From Acidobacteriota bacterium (lineage in GTDB: Bacteria; Acidobacteriota; Thermoanaerobaculia; Multivoradales; Multivoraceae): 64,000 bases of DNA. The notes under the pieces are model-generated. The model did not search any database, was not told the DNA's origin, and saw only the letters and a list, made by a program, of their open reading frames with translations. Position numbers and translations under genes: made by a program. This document shows positions 21,482-29,700 of the stretch, in pieces; within the stretch, counting starts at the first letter, position 1, and each line of letters begins with the position of its first letter. The stretch is taken from the NCBI GenBank assembly GCA_036337765.1, contig JAYZDP010000104.1, positions 3,764-67,763 on the forward strand, read 5' to 3'.

Positions 21482-24277
21482 ATGGGCAAACGTAGATATG
21501 TACCCGCTGTCGGCCCTCGGCTGAAGAAGCTGCTCTTCGTCGTTCTCGGGTTGTTCTCTCTGCTGGCCGTCAACTCCGCCTACATGGTCGGCGTCTCAAT
21601 CCTCGAGAGCGTGACCGGGCAGACCTACCAGAACTGGTTCTACCTGGTGATGTTCCTGCTCCATCTGGCGCTGGGAGCCCTGATCGTGCTGCCGGTGATC
21701 GTCTTCGGCACGATCCACATCCGAAACGCCCACAATCGGCCGAACCGGCGCGCTGTCGTGGCGGGATTCGCGCTCTTTGGCACGGCGCTGGTTCTCTTGG
21801 CGTCGGGGATTGTGCTGACGCGGGTGGAGGGGTTCGTCGTCATCCGCAACCCGGCGACGCGCTCGATCGCCTACTGGGCGCATGTGCTCAGCCCACTGGT
21901 TGCGGGTTGGCTGTTCGTGCTGCACCGTCTTGCCGGGCGCCGCATCCGTTGGCGGGTGGGCGCGCGTTGGGCGGCGGTGGCCGCCGTCTTCGGTGGCGTG
22001 ATGCTGGTCGTCCAGTACCAGGACCCGCGCAGCTGGAACGTTACAGGCCCGGTCAGCGGCGAGCAGTACTTCTTCCCGTCACTCGCGCGCACCGCGACCG
22101 GCGACTTCATCCCGGAATCCGTGCTCGACAACACCGAGTACTGCCGCGAGTGCCATCCCGACGTCTACGACAGTTGGCGGCACTCGGTGCACCACATCAG
22201 CTCCTTCAACAATCCTCCCTACCTCTTCAGCGTGCGCGAGACGCGCCAGGTCGCCTTCGAGCGTGACGGCGACCTGCAGGCGTCGCGCTTCTGCGCCGGC
22301 TGCCACGACCCGGTGGTCTTTTTCTCGGGTCGCTTCGACGATCCCGAGTTCGATGACGAGAACGATCCCACCGGGCAGGCGGGCATCACCTGCACGGCGT
22401 GTCACGCCATCACGAATATCAACAGCCCTCGCGGAAACTCCGACTACACCCTGGACGAGCCGATCCACTATCCCTTCGCCTTCAGCAAGGACCCGACGCT
22501 GGCATGGATCAACCGCCAGCTCGTCAAGGCCAAGCCGGAGCTGCACAAGAAGACCTTCCTCAAGCCACTGCACACGAGCGCCGAGTTCTGCGGCTCGTGC
22601 CACAAGGTGCATCTGCCAGAGGAGCTGAACAAGTACAAGTTCCTGCGCGGCCAGAATCACTACGACTCATTTCTTCTCTCCGGCGTTTCGGGCCACGGCG
22701 CCCAGAGCTTCTACTACCCCGAGACCGCCCAGGCGGGCTGCAACGGCTGCCACATGCCGACCTTCGAGTCGACCGACTTCGGCGCTCGGGTGCTGGATGA
22801 GAGCGGCGCCCTGAAGGTGCACGACCACCTTTTCCCCTCGGCCAACACCGGGCTCGCCCATCTCAAGGAGATGCCGCCGGAGGTGGTCGAGAGGCACCGC
22901 GAGTTCAGCGAGGGCAGCGTGCGGGTCGATCTGTTCGGTCTGCGCCGCGGTGGGGAGATCCAGGGCGAGCTGATCGCGCCCCTGCGCCCGACGGTGCCCA
23001 CGCTCGAGCCCGGTGAGACCTACCTGCTCGAGACCGTGGTGCGAACGTTGACGCTCGGCCACCACCTCACTCAGGGGACCACTGACTCCAACCAGCTGTG
23101 GATGGACGTCGAGGTGGCGGATGACGCGGGCGCGGTCGTCGGACGCAGCGGCGGCATGGACGGCGTGGGCCGCGTCGATCCGTGGTCGCACTTCGTCAAC
23201 GTGTACATGCTCGACCGCGAGGGACGTCGTGTCGACCGGCGCAACGCGCAGGACATCTTCGTGCCGCTGTACAACCACCAGATCCCACCGGGGGCGGCCG
23301 ACGTCGTCCACTTCCGGCTCGAAGTTCCGCCGGACGCAGTCGGCACCCTGGTGGTGCGTGCGGCCCTGCGCTACCGGAAGTTCGACACCACCTACCTGCG
23401 ACACATCTACGGTGAGGACACCACCAACGACCTGCCGATCATGACGCTGGGTAGCGACGAGATCCGCTTTCCGATCGGGCGCGTCGCTGAGACGACGCGG
23501 GTGGCGGCGAGTGAGATCCCCGAGTGGCAGCGCTGGAACGACTACGGCATCGGCCTGCTGCGCAAGGGCGGCAAGAGCAAGGGCGAGCTGCGCCAGGCCG
23601 AGGTGGCCTTCCGCCGCGTCGAGGAGCTCGGGCGCGCCGACGGCCCTCTGAACTTGGCGCGCGTCTACATCGCACAGGGAACAGTTGAGGATCTAGCCAT
23701 CGGTGCGCTCGAGCGTGCGGCGAGCTTCGATCCGCCGGCGCCGCCCTGGCTGATCGCGTGGTTTACCGGGATCGTCAATAAGCAGAACGGCCGGCTCGAC
23801 GAGGCGATCGCGAGCTTCCGCAGTCTCGCCGAGGGTACCGACGATGAGATGCGCCGCCGGGGCTTCGACTTCAGCCTCGACTATCGCGTCCTCAACGAGC
23901 TCGGCCAGACCCTCTTCGAGCGGGCCAAGGTCGAGCGTGGCGCGAACCGGCGAGCTGCGCGTGAGGCTCTCCTGACGCAGTCTCGCACCGCCCTGAAGCG
24001 CGTGCTCGAGCTCGATCCCGAAAACGTTGCCGCTCACTTCAACCTCAACCTCGTCCTTCGCCAGCTCGGCGACGACGAGCTCGCCGCTGCGCACTTCGAC
24101 GCCTACAACCGCTATCGCGCCGACGACAACGCCCACGACCGGGCGATCGCGGTCGCGCGCGCCGCCGATCCGGCCGCGAACCACGCAGCCGAGGCCATCG
24201 TCATCTACGATCTGCACCGTCAGGGCGCGACCGGCCTCGCAGGCGGCGCGCCGGAGCCCAAGGACCCTTCCGGGTGA
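21482..24277 (+). CDS. Membrane-anchored pentahaem c-type cytochrome with C-terminal TPR repeats
   Basis: N-terminal 4-5 TM helices. Five CxxCH motifs (CRECH, CAGCH, CTACH, CGSCH, CNGCH) in the periplasmic middle section. C-terminal TPR-like repeats (...NLARVYIAQG..., ...AAHFNLNLVLRQLGDDELAAAHFDAYNRY...). Confidence 0.8.
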   Translation: MGKRRYVPAVGPRLKKLLFVVLGLFSLLAVNSAYMVGVSILESVTGQTYQNWFYLVMFLLHLALGALIVLPVIVFGTIHIRNAHNRPNRRAVVAGFALFGTALVLLASGIVLTRVEGFVVIRNPATRSIAYWAHVLSPLVAGWLFVLHRLAGRRIRWRVGARWAAVAAVFGGVMLVVQYQDPRSWNVTGPVSGEQYFFPSLARTATGDFIPESVLDNTEYCRECHPDVYDSWRHSVHHISSFNNPPYLFSVRETRQVAFERDGDLQASRFCAGCHDPVVFFSGRFDDPEFDDENDPTGQAGITCTACHAITNINSPRGNSDYTLDEPIHYPFAFSKDPTLAWINRQLVKAKPELHKKTFLKPLHTSAEFCGSCHKVHLPEELNKYKFLRGQNHYDSFLLSGVSGHGAQSFYYPETAQAGCNGCHMPTFESTDFGARVLDESGALKVHDHLFPSANTGLAHLKEMPPEVVERHREFSEGSVRVDLFGLRRGGEIQGELIAPLRPTVPTLEPGETYLLETVVRTLTLGHHLTQGTTDSNQLWMDVEVADDAGAVVGRSGGMDGVGRVDPWSHFVNVYMLDREGRRVDRRNAQDIFVPLYNHQIPPGAADVVHFRLEVPPDAVGTLVVRAALRYRKFDTTYLRHIYGEDTTNDLPIMTLGSDEIRFPIGRVAETTRVAASEIPEWQRWNDYGIGLLRKGGKSKGELRQAEVAFRRVEELGRADGPLNLARVYIAQGTVEDLAIGALERAASFDPPAPPWLIAWFTGIVNKQNGRLDEAIASFRSLAEGTDDEMRRRGFDFSLDYRVLNELGQTLFERAKVERGANRRAAREALLTQSRTALKRVLELDPENVAAHFNLNLVLRQLGDDELAAAHFDAYNRYRADDNAHDRAIAVARAADPAANHAAEAIVIYDLHRQGATGLAGGAPEPKDPSG

Positions 24278-26112
24278 GAGACGAGCGCGAGCAGACACCG
24301 ACAGACGAGGAGGAGTGGGTACCCGAGGACGACGCCGTCATCGGGCGTGCATTTCGCGGCTCGCTCGTGGCTCTGGTGGCGGTCGCGGTCCTGGTCGGCG
24401 CCTTGCTCGGACTGAATCGAGGCTGTAGCGAGGCTCCGGACGACCATGAGATCGAAGCTTTTGCCCCGGTCGCGGTAACGCGGGCTGCAGAAGCGCCGTC
24501 CGTGCCGTTTGCCGACGTGACCGCCGCGTCGGGCGTGGGCTTCGTCCATCACAACGGCGCCACCGGCGACAAGCTCCTGCCCGAAACCATGGGCGGTGGA
24601 GTGGCGATCGCCGACCTCGACGGCGACGGCGATCTGGATCTGTTCTTCGTCGACTCTTCGCCCTGGGAAGGCCGGCCGGGCCGGGCCGGGACTCCCGTTC
24701 TGTACGACAACGACGGCACCGGCAGTTTCCGCGACGTGAGCGCGCAGCGCGGCCTCGACGTCAGTCTCTACGGCACCGGCGTCGCGGCTGGTGACTTCGA
24801 CAACGACGGTGATGTCGACCTGTTCGTCGCGGCGGTGGGGGAGAACCTGCTACTGCGAAACGACGACGGAGCCTTTGTCGACGTGACCGCCGAGGCGGGC
24901 GTGGCTGGCGATCCGGGCGAGTGGTCGTCGTCCAGCGCGTTCGTCGACATCGATCGAGACGGCGATCTGGATCTGTTCGTTGGCAACTACGTGCGCTGGT
25001 CGAAGGAGATCGACCTCGAGCTCGACTACCGACTGACCGGGGTCGGCCGCGCCTACGGGCCGCCTGTGAACTACGGCGGTACCTTCCCATATCTCTACCG
25101 CAACGACGGCGACGGGCGCTTCACCGACGTATCGGCCTCGAGCGGTGTCCAGGTGCGCAACGTCGCCACCGGCGGCCCGGTCGCCAAGTCGCTCGGCGTC
25201 ACACCGGTCGACGTCGATCGCGACGGCTGGCTCGATCTCTTTGTCGCCAACGACACGGTGCGCAACTTCCTTCTACACAACCGCCAGGACGGGACGTTCG
25301 AAGATGTCGGCGACCGCTACGGCATCGCCTATGGCCGCGACGGCGCGGCGACCGGCGCGATGGGCGTCGATTGGGCCGACTTCCGCAACGACGGCGAGCT
25401 GGGGTTTCTGGTGGCGAACTTCGCCAACGAGATGAGCTCACTGTTCGTCACCCAGGGCGATCCGGAGCTCTACGCAGATGAGTCGATCATTGAGGGAATC
25501 GGCGCCCCGAGTAGGCGCATGCTCAGTTTTGGGGTCTTCTTCTTCGACTACGACCTCGACGGACGACTCGATGTGCTGCAGTCCAACGGCCATCTCGAAG
25601 AGGCCATCAACGTCGTCGATCCGAGCCAGGAGTACCACCAACCGCTGCAGCTGTTCTGGAATGCGGGCGACGCGGGCATGGTCGAGGTCGATGCCGACAA
25701 GATGGACGACCTCGCACAGCGCCTTGTCGGTCGGGCGACCGCCTATGGCGACCTCGACGGCGACGGCGACCTCGACGTCGTGGTGTGTCAGACCGCGGGC
25801 CCAGCGATCGTGTTTCGTAACGATCAGGCCGAGGGCCATCATTGGCTGCGGGTGAAGCTCGAGGGCAACGGTCGGTCCTCGAACCGCGACGCGATCGGCG
25901 CGGTCGTCGAGCTGACCGCCGGTGGAACCCTACAGCGCCGCGGCGTGACGCCGTCTCGCTCCTACCAGGCACAGGTCGAGCTACCGCTGACCTTCGGACT
26001 CGGCGACGCTGGCTCAGTCGAGGGACTCGTGGTGATCTGGCCCGACGGCTCGACCTCATCGCACGAGGTGGCTCAGGTCGATCGGGTGGTCGTGATCCGC
26101 CAAGAGAGCTGA
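24274..26112 (+). CDS. CRTAC1-family protein (FG-GAP/VCBS-type repeats plus ASPIC/UnbV C-terminal domain)
   Basis: Repeated Ca-binding-like DxDxDGDxD motifs (IADLDGDGDLDLFFV, FDNDGDVDLFVAA, VDIDRDGDLDLFVGNY, VDVDRDGWLDLFVAND, DYDLDGRLDVLQSNG, YGDLDGDGDLDVVVCQ). UnbV_ASPIC-like C-terminus. GTG start overlaps the preceding stop. Confidence 0.85.
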   Translation: MRDEREQTPTDEEEWVPEDDAVIGRAFRGSLVALVAVAVLVGALLGLNRGCSEAPDDHEIEAFAPVAVTRAAEAPSVPFADVTAASGVGFVHHNGATGDKLLPETMGGGVAIADLDGDGDLDLFFVDSSPWEGRPGRAGTPVLYDNDGTGSFRDVSAQRGLDVSLYGTGVAAGDFDNDGDVDLFVAAVGENLLLRNDDGAFVDVTAEAGVAGDPGEWSSSSAFVDIDRDGDLDLFVGNYVRWSKEIDLELDYRLTGVGRAYGPPVNYGGTFPYLYRNDGDGRFTDVSASSGVQVRNVATGGPVAKSLGVTPVDVDRDGWLDLFVANDTVRNFLLHNRQDGTFEDVGDRYGIAYGRDGAATGAMGVDWADFRNDGELGFLVANFANEMSSLFVTQGDPELYADESIIEGIGAPSRRMLSFGVFFFDYDLDGRLDVLQSNGHLEEAINVVDPSQEYHQPLQLFWNAGDAGMVEVDADKMDDLAQRLVGRATAYGDLDGDGDLDVVVCQTAGPAIVFRNDQAEGHHWLRVKLEGNGRSSNRDAIGAVVELTAGGTLQRRGVTPSRSYQAQVELPLTFGLGDAGSVEGLVVIWPDGSTSSHEVAQVDRVVVIRQES

Positions 26113-26166
26113 TGCTAAAATGGCGAATCGCGCACGCTGGAGGAAGAGACGAAAGGGCGAACGGAA

Positions 26167-26901
26167 TTGGAGAAGGAAGCCGCCATCGAAACGGAGCCGA
26201 AGGTGCCTGGAGACCAGCCAGGCCCGCAGCAAGAGGACCGCGAGGGTCGCGATCTGGTTGCTGAGCTGCGCCTTGCCGAGGAGCGCATCCGTCTACTCGA
26301 GCGCGACAAGCTCATCGTGCTCAAGGAGGCCGCCGATGCGCGCCTCCCCTTGGAAGAGCAAGCGAAAGCGGCGCAGGCCGCGTTCGCGGTTGCGCAGGCG
26401 CGCATCGGTGAGCTCGAGGGGGAACGTGACGAGATCCGTGCGTTGCTCGAGAAGTTCCTGGCCGAGAACTGGAGCGATCTGAAGGAGCACACCCCGGCCG
26501 CCGGTGTGCCGATCGGATTGACCGACTTTCTCAGCCCGGCCGAATCCGGCCAGCGCGCGGCTGTGGGTGGCGACGAGGAGTCAGAGGTCGCCCCGCCCCC
26601 AGTGCACCGCTCGGCGAGCGCGCCGCCTCCTAAGCCGACGCAGTCCCCGCGCCGGGCTCCGATCGAGAACAAGGAGGATCTGGGCCAGGTCTTGGCGGCC
26701 GGCGCTTCGATCGAGACCACCGAGAACTTCGCCCGGTTCCAGCCGGTGAAGACCTCGCACATCAAGGTCAGCGACTGGCTGCAGCGCGCTCACGACTATG
26801 AAGCTCTTCGGAATCTCGCCCGCGACGAGGTAGCCGAGGAAGAGCTCGTCTCCGTTCTGTTTCTCTTCATGCAGAAGGCATTCATTCGGGTCGAGCGCTG
26901 A
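26167..26901 (+). CDS. Hypothetical coiled-coil protein (no recognisable domain). Non-ATG (TTG) start.
   Basis: Heptad-rich N-terminal half (LVAELRLAEERIRLLERDKLIVLKEAADARLPLEEQAKAAQAAFAVAQARIGELEGERDEIRALLEKFL). Proline-rich linker. Conserved-looking C-terminus. Confidence 0.45.
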   Translation: MEKEAAIETEPKVPGDQPGPQQEDREGRDLVAELRLAEERIRLLERDKLIVLKEAADARLPLEEQAKAAQAAFAVAQARIGELEGERDEIRALLEKFLAENWSDLKEHTPAAGVPIGLTDFLSPAESGQRAAVGGDEESEVAPPPVHRSASAPPPKPTQSPRRAPIENKEDLGQVLAAGASIETTENFARFQPVKTSHIKVSDWLQRAHDYEALRNLARDEVAEEELVSVLFLFMQKAFIRVER

Positions 26902-26914
26902 GCCGGCTGACCGC

Positions 26915-29488
26915 GTGATGCGCTTGCTCTCCTTCTCGTTGACGATCTTCGCCTTGGCGACACCGCTCGGCGGTGGCTCTCCCCTCGAACCACCTTCCAC
27001 GGGTGGCATCGTCGCCCTACACCGCGCCCTGGCGCGACTCGATGTGCACAAGCGGCTGCTGATCATCGGCGCACACCCCGACGATGAGGACACGAGCCTG
27101 CTCGCCCTGGTGAGTCGAGGGATGGGCGGTGAGGCAGCCTATCTCTCGCTGTCGCGCGGCGAGGGCGGCCAGAACCTCATCGGCACCGAGCTCGGCCGTG
27201 ACCTGGGTCTCGTCCGCAGCCAGGAGCTGCTTTCGGCGCGCGGCGTTGACGGTGGCCATCAGTTCTTCACCCGCGCCTTCGACTTCGGCTACACCCGCTC
27301 GCTCGACGAGACCGTCGGCCGGTGGCCTGAGGAAGTGCTGCTCGAAGACGCGGTGCGGGTGGTGCGGCGGTTCAAGCCGCAGATCATTGTGTCGGTGTTT
27401 CCCAACAGTGCGCGTGCGGGCCACGGCCAGCATCAGGCGGCCGGACTGACCGCGGAGCGAGTGTTCGAGGCGGCCGGCGATCCCGCGCAGTTCCCCGAGA
27501 TGGCCGCCGACGGCTTGGCGCCTTGGCAGCCCAGATCGTTTTACAGATCCGCCTTCTTCCGCCCTGTGCCAGGCAACCTGGTGCTCGAGACCGGAGGCAC
27601 CGACCCCGGCTCGGGTAAGACGTACTTCCAACTGGCGATGGCCTCTCGCAGCATGCATCGCTCCCAGGACATGGGGGTGTTGCAGGACACCGGGCCGCGC
27701 AGCACCCGCGTGGTACGCGAGTCGAGCGACAGCGACGATCCCGATCTCTTCGCCGGTGTGGACACCCACCTTGCGGCGATCGCCGACCTGATCGAGGACC
27801 GCGAGGACCGAGATGCGTCGCGGGCGCGGCTGCAGTCGGCGGCGGACCGCGTAGCGGCGTTGCGCCGGGAGGTCGATCCTGGGAATCTCGGGGTCGCGAC
27901 GGCGGCGCTCGGCGCACTCGTCTCGGATCTGAGAGCCGCGCACGCCCAAGCCGGCGCCGCCACCGTGGCTGGTCAGCTGCTGCGGGAGAAGGTGGAGATC
28001 GCGGAGGAGGCATGGACGATCGCGGCGGGTCTCGTTCTCGACGCGACCACCACCGACGATCGACTGGTCGCCGGTCGCCGCACGGAGATTCGCGTCGTCG
28101 TCTACAACAGCGGCAGCGCGGCGGTCGAGGTGGCCCCCGCACTCGACGTGCCGGCAGGCTGGTCCGATCCCGAAGGCCTGGATCCGCAGCAGGTGCCGGC
28201 CGGAGAGTCGAAGACCTGGACGGTCGAACTGTCGGTTCCGGCATCGGCCGAGCCCACCGTTCCGTACTTTCTGGCCGCGCCGCGCCAGGGCGACGTCTAC
28301 GATTGGTCGGGGGTGGCTGTCGACATCAAGGCAGAGCCCTTCGGGCCGCCGCCGCTGAGTGCGCGCTTTCGCCTGACCGCTGGCGGCTTGGAGCTGGAGC
28401 GGAGTCGCGAGGTCGTCCAGCGCTTTCGCGATCAGGCGGTCGGCGAGCGTCGGCGGCCGCTTCGCGTCGTGCCCGTGGTCGAGGTGGCGGTCGATCCCGC
28501 CCGCCTGGTCTGGCCCGTCGGGCAGGCCTCTCGCAGGACCGTTCGGGTAAGCCTCACCAAGAACGTCGGCGAGGCGCTGGATGGCACCATCGAGGTCAGC
28601 AGCCCGCTCGGCTGGCCCAGTGTCGCCGCCGTCGACTTCTCGCTGGAAGCGACTCGCGAGCGACGTACCTACGAGCTCGTCATCGAGCGCCCCGCCGACG
28701 ACAGCCAGGGCGGCGGCACCTTCGCCTTTGCCGCGGCCCTGTCCAGTGGGGTCGAGAGCCGCGCGGCCTATCCGTTGGTCGACTATCCTCACATCCGCGC
28801 CGTGCCGTGCCCTCGGCCCGCCCTCGCTGACATTCAGCTGCTCGATCTTGAGCTCCCCGGTGCCAAGCGCATCGCCTACATCCGGGGCGCTTCCGATCGG
28901 GTACCCGAGAGCCTGCTCGAGGTGGGTCTGCCGATCCAGCTCGTGACCTCGGACCAGCTCCTCGACATGGACGAGACGGAGCTGGCGAGCTTTGACTCCG
29001 TCGTCATCGGCTCGCGTGCCTACGAGACCGACTCCCGTCTCGCCGAAGCCAATCCCAGGCTACGCGAGTACGTCGCCCGAGGTGGGACCCTGCTGGTCCA
29101 GTACCAGCAGTACGCGTTCAGTCGCGGGGGCATGGCACTGCTACCGCTCAGTATCGCGCGGCCGCACGACCGGATCACCGACGAGACGGCGGCGATGAAC
29201 GTCATTGCTCCCGACCACGGTGCCTTCACCTCTCCGAATGCCATCGGCAAGGCCGACTGGCAGGGCTGGGTACAGGAGCGTGGCCTGTATTTCGCCAACG
29301 AGTGGGACGACAGCTACAAGAGCCTGCTGCGCATTTCCGACCCCGGCCGCGACCCGCAGGAGGGGGGTCTCCTGGTCGCACCGATCGGTGAGGGGACCTA
29401 CATCTACACTGGCCTGGCCTTCTTCCGCCAGCTCCCGGCGGGAGTCCCCGGCGCGTTCCGACTGTTCGCCAACCTGCTCAACCTCTAG
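26915..29488 (+). CDS. Large PIG-L/LmbE-family N-acetylglucosaminyl deacetylase with long C-terminal extension (Ig-like region and a GATase1/ThuA-like domain)
   Basis: LmbE/PIG-L motif LLIIGAHPDDEDTSLLALVS near the N-terminus, after a signal peptide MMRLLSFSLTIFALATPLGG. 857 aa. C-terminal segment ...GGTLLVQYQQYAF...LLVAPIGEGTYIYTGLAFFRQL resembles ThuA/DUF4159-type GATase1-like folds. Confidence 0.75.
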   Translation: MMRLLSFSLTIFALATPLGGGSPLEPPSTGGIVALHRALARLDVHKRLLIIGAHPDDEDTSLLALVSRGMGGEAAYLSLSRGEGGQNLIGTELGRDLGLVRSQELLSARGVDGGHQFFTRAFDFGYTRSLDETVGRWPEEVLLEDAVRVVRRFKPQIIVSVFPNSARAGHGQHQAAGLTAERVFEAAGDPAQFPEMAADGLAPWQPRSFYRSAFFRPVPGNLVLETGGTDPGSGKTYFQLAMASRSMHRSQDMGVLQDTGPRSTRVVRESSDSDDPDLFAGVDTHLAAIADLIEDREDRDASRARLQSAADRVAALRREVDPGNLGVATAALGALVSDLRAAHAQAGAATVAGQLLREKVEIAEEAWTIAAGLVLDATTTDDRLVAGRRTEIRVVVYNSGSAAVEVAPALDVPAGWSDPEGLDPQQVPAGESKTWTVELSVPASAEPTVPYFLAAPRQGDVYDWSGVAVDIKAEPFGPPPLSARFRLTAGGLELERSREVVQRFRDQAVGERRRPLRVVPVVEVAVDPARLVWPVGQASRRTVRVSLTKNVGEALDGTIEVSSPLGWPSVAAVDFSLEATRERRTYELVIERPADDSQGGGTFAFAAALSSGVESRAAYPLVDYPHIRAVPCPRPALADIQLLDLELPGAKRIAYIRGASDRVPESLLEVGLPIQLVTSDQLLDMDETELASFDSVVIGSRAYETDSRLAEANPRLREYVARGGTLLVQYQQYAFSRGGMALLPLSIARPHDRITDETAAMNVIAPDHGAFTSPNAIGKADWQGWVQERGLYFANEWDDSYKSLLRISDPGRDPQEGGLLVAPIGEGTYIYTGLAFFRQLPAGVPGAFRLFANLLNL

Positions 29489-29700
29489 CTCGCTGTCGAT
29501 GCCGAGCCGCTGGAGCGAGGAGACCGTGAGCAGGGTGCTGATTTTGGTGGTCGATTGTCTTCAACCGGCGGGGGGACCGAGCAGTCGTAGGCGGTCCTGT
29601 GACGCACTCTGGAGTCACACCGCCACGCATCCCTCGAACGGGATCATCCACGCCGGCGGTTCCGTTTGCGAGCTGTCTGTTCCCCTCGCGGCCGCCACGC

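Noticed and set aside
29573-29605. GGACCG-N12-CGGTCC inverted repeat between the convergent PIG-L and GT-NTase genes
   Set aside because: Stem only 6 bp with a 12-nt loop and no U-tract. It could be a weak terminator but support is insufficient.
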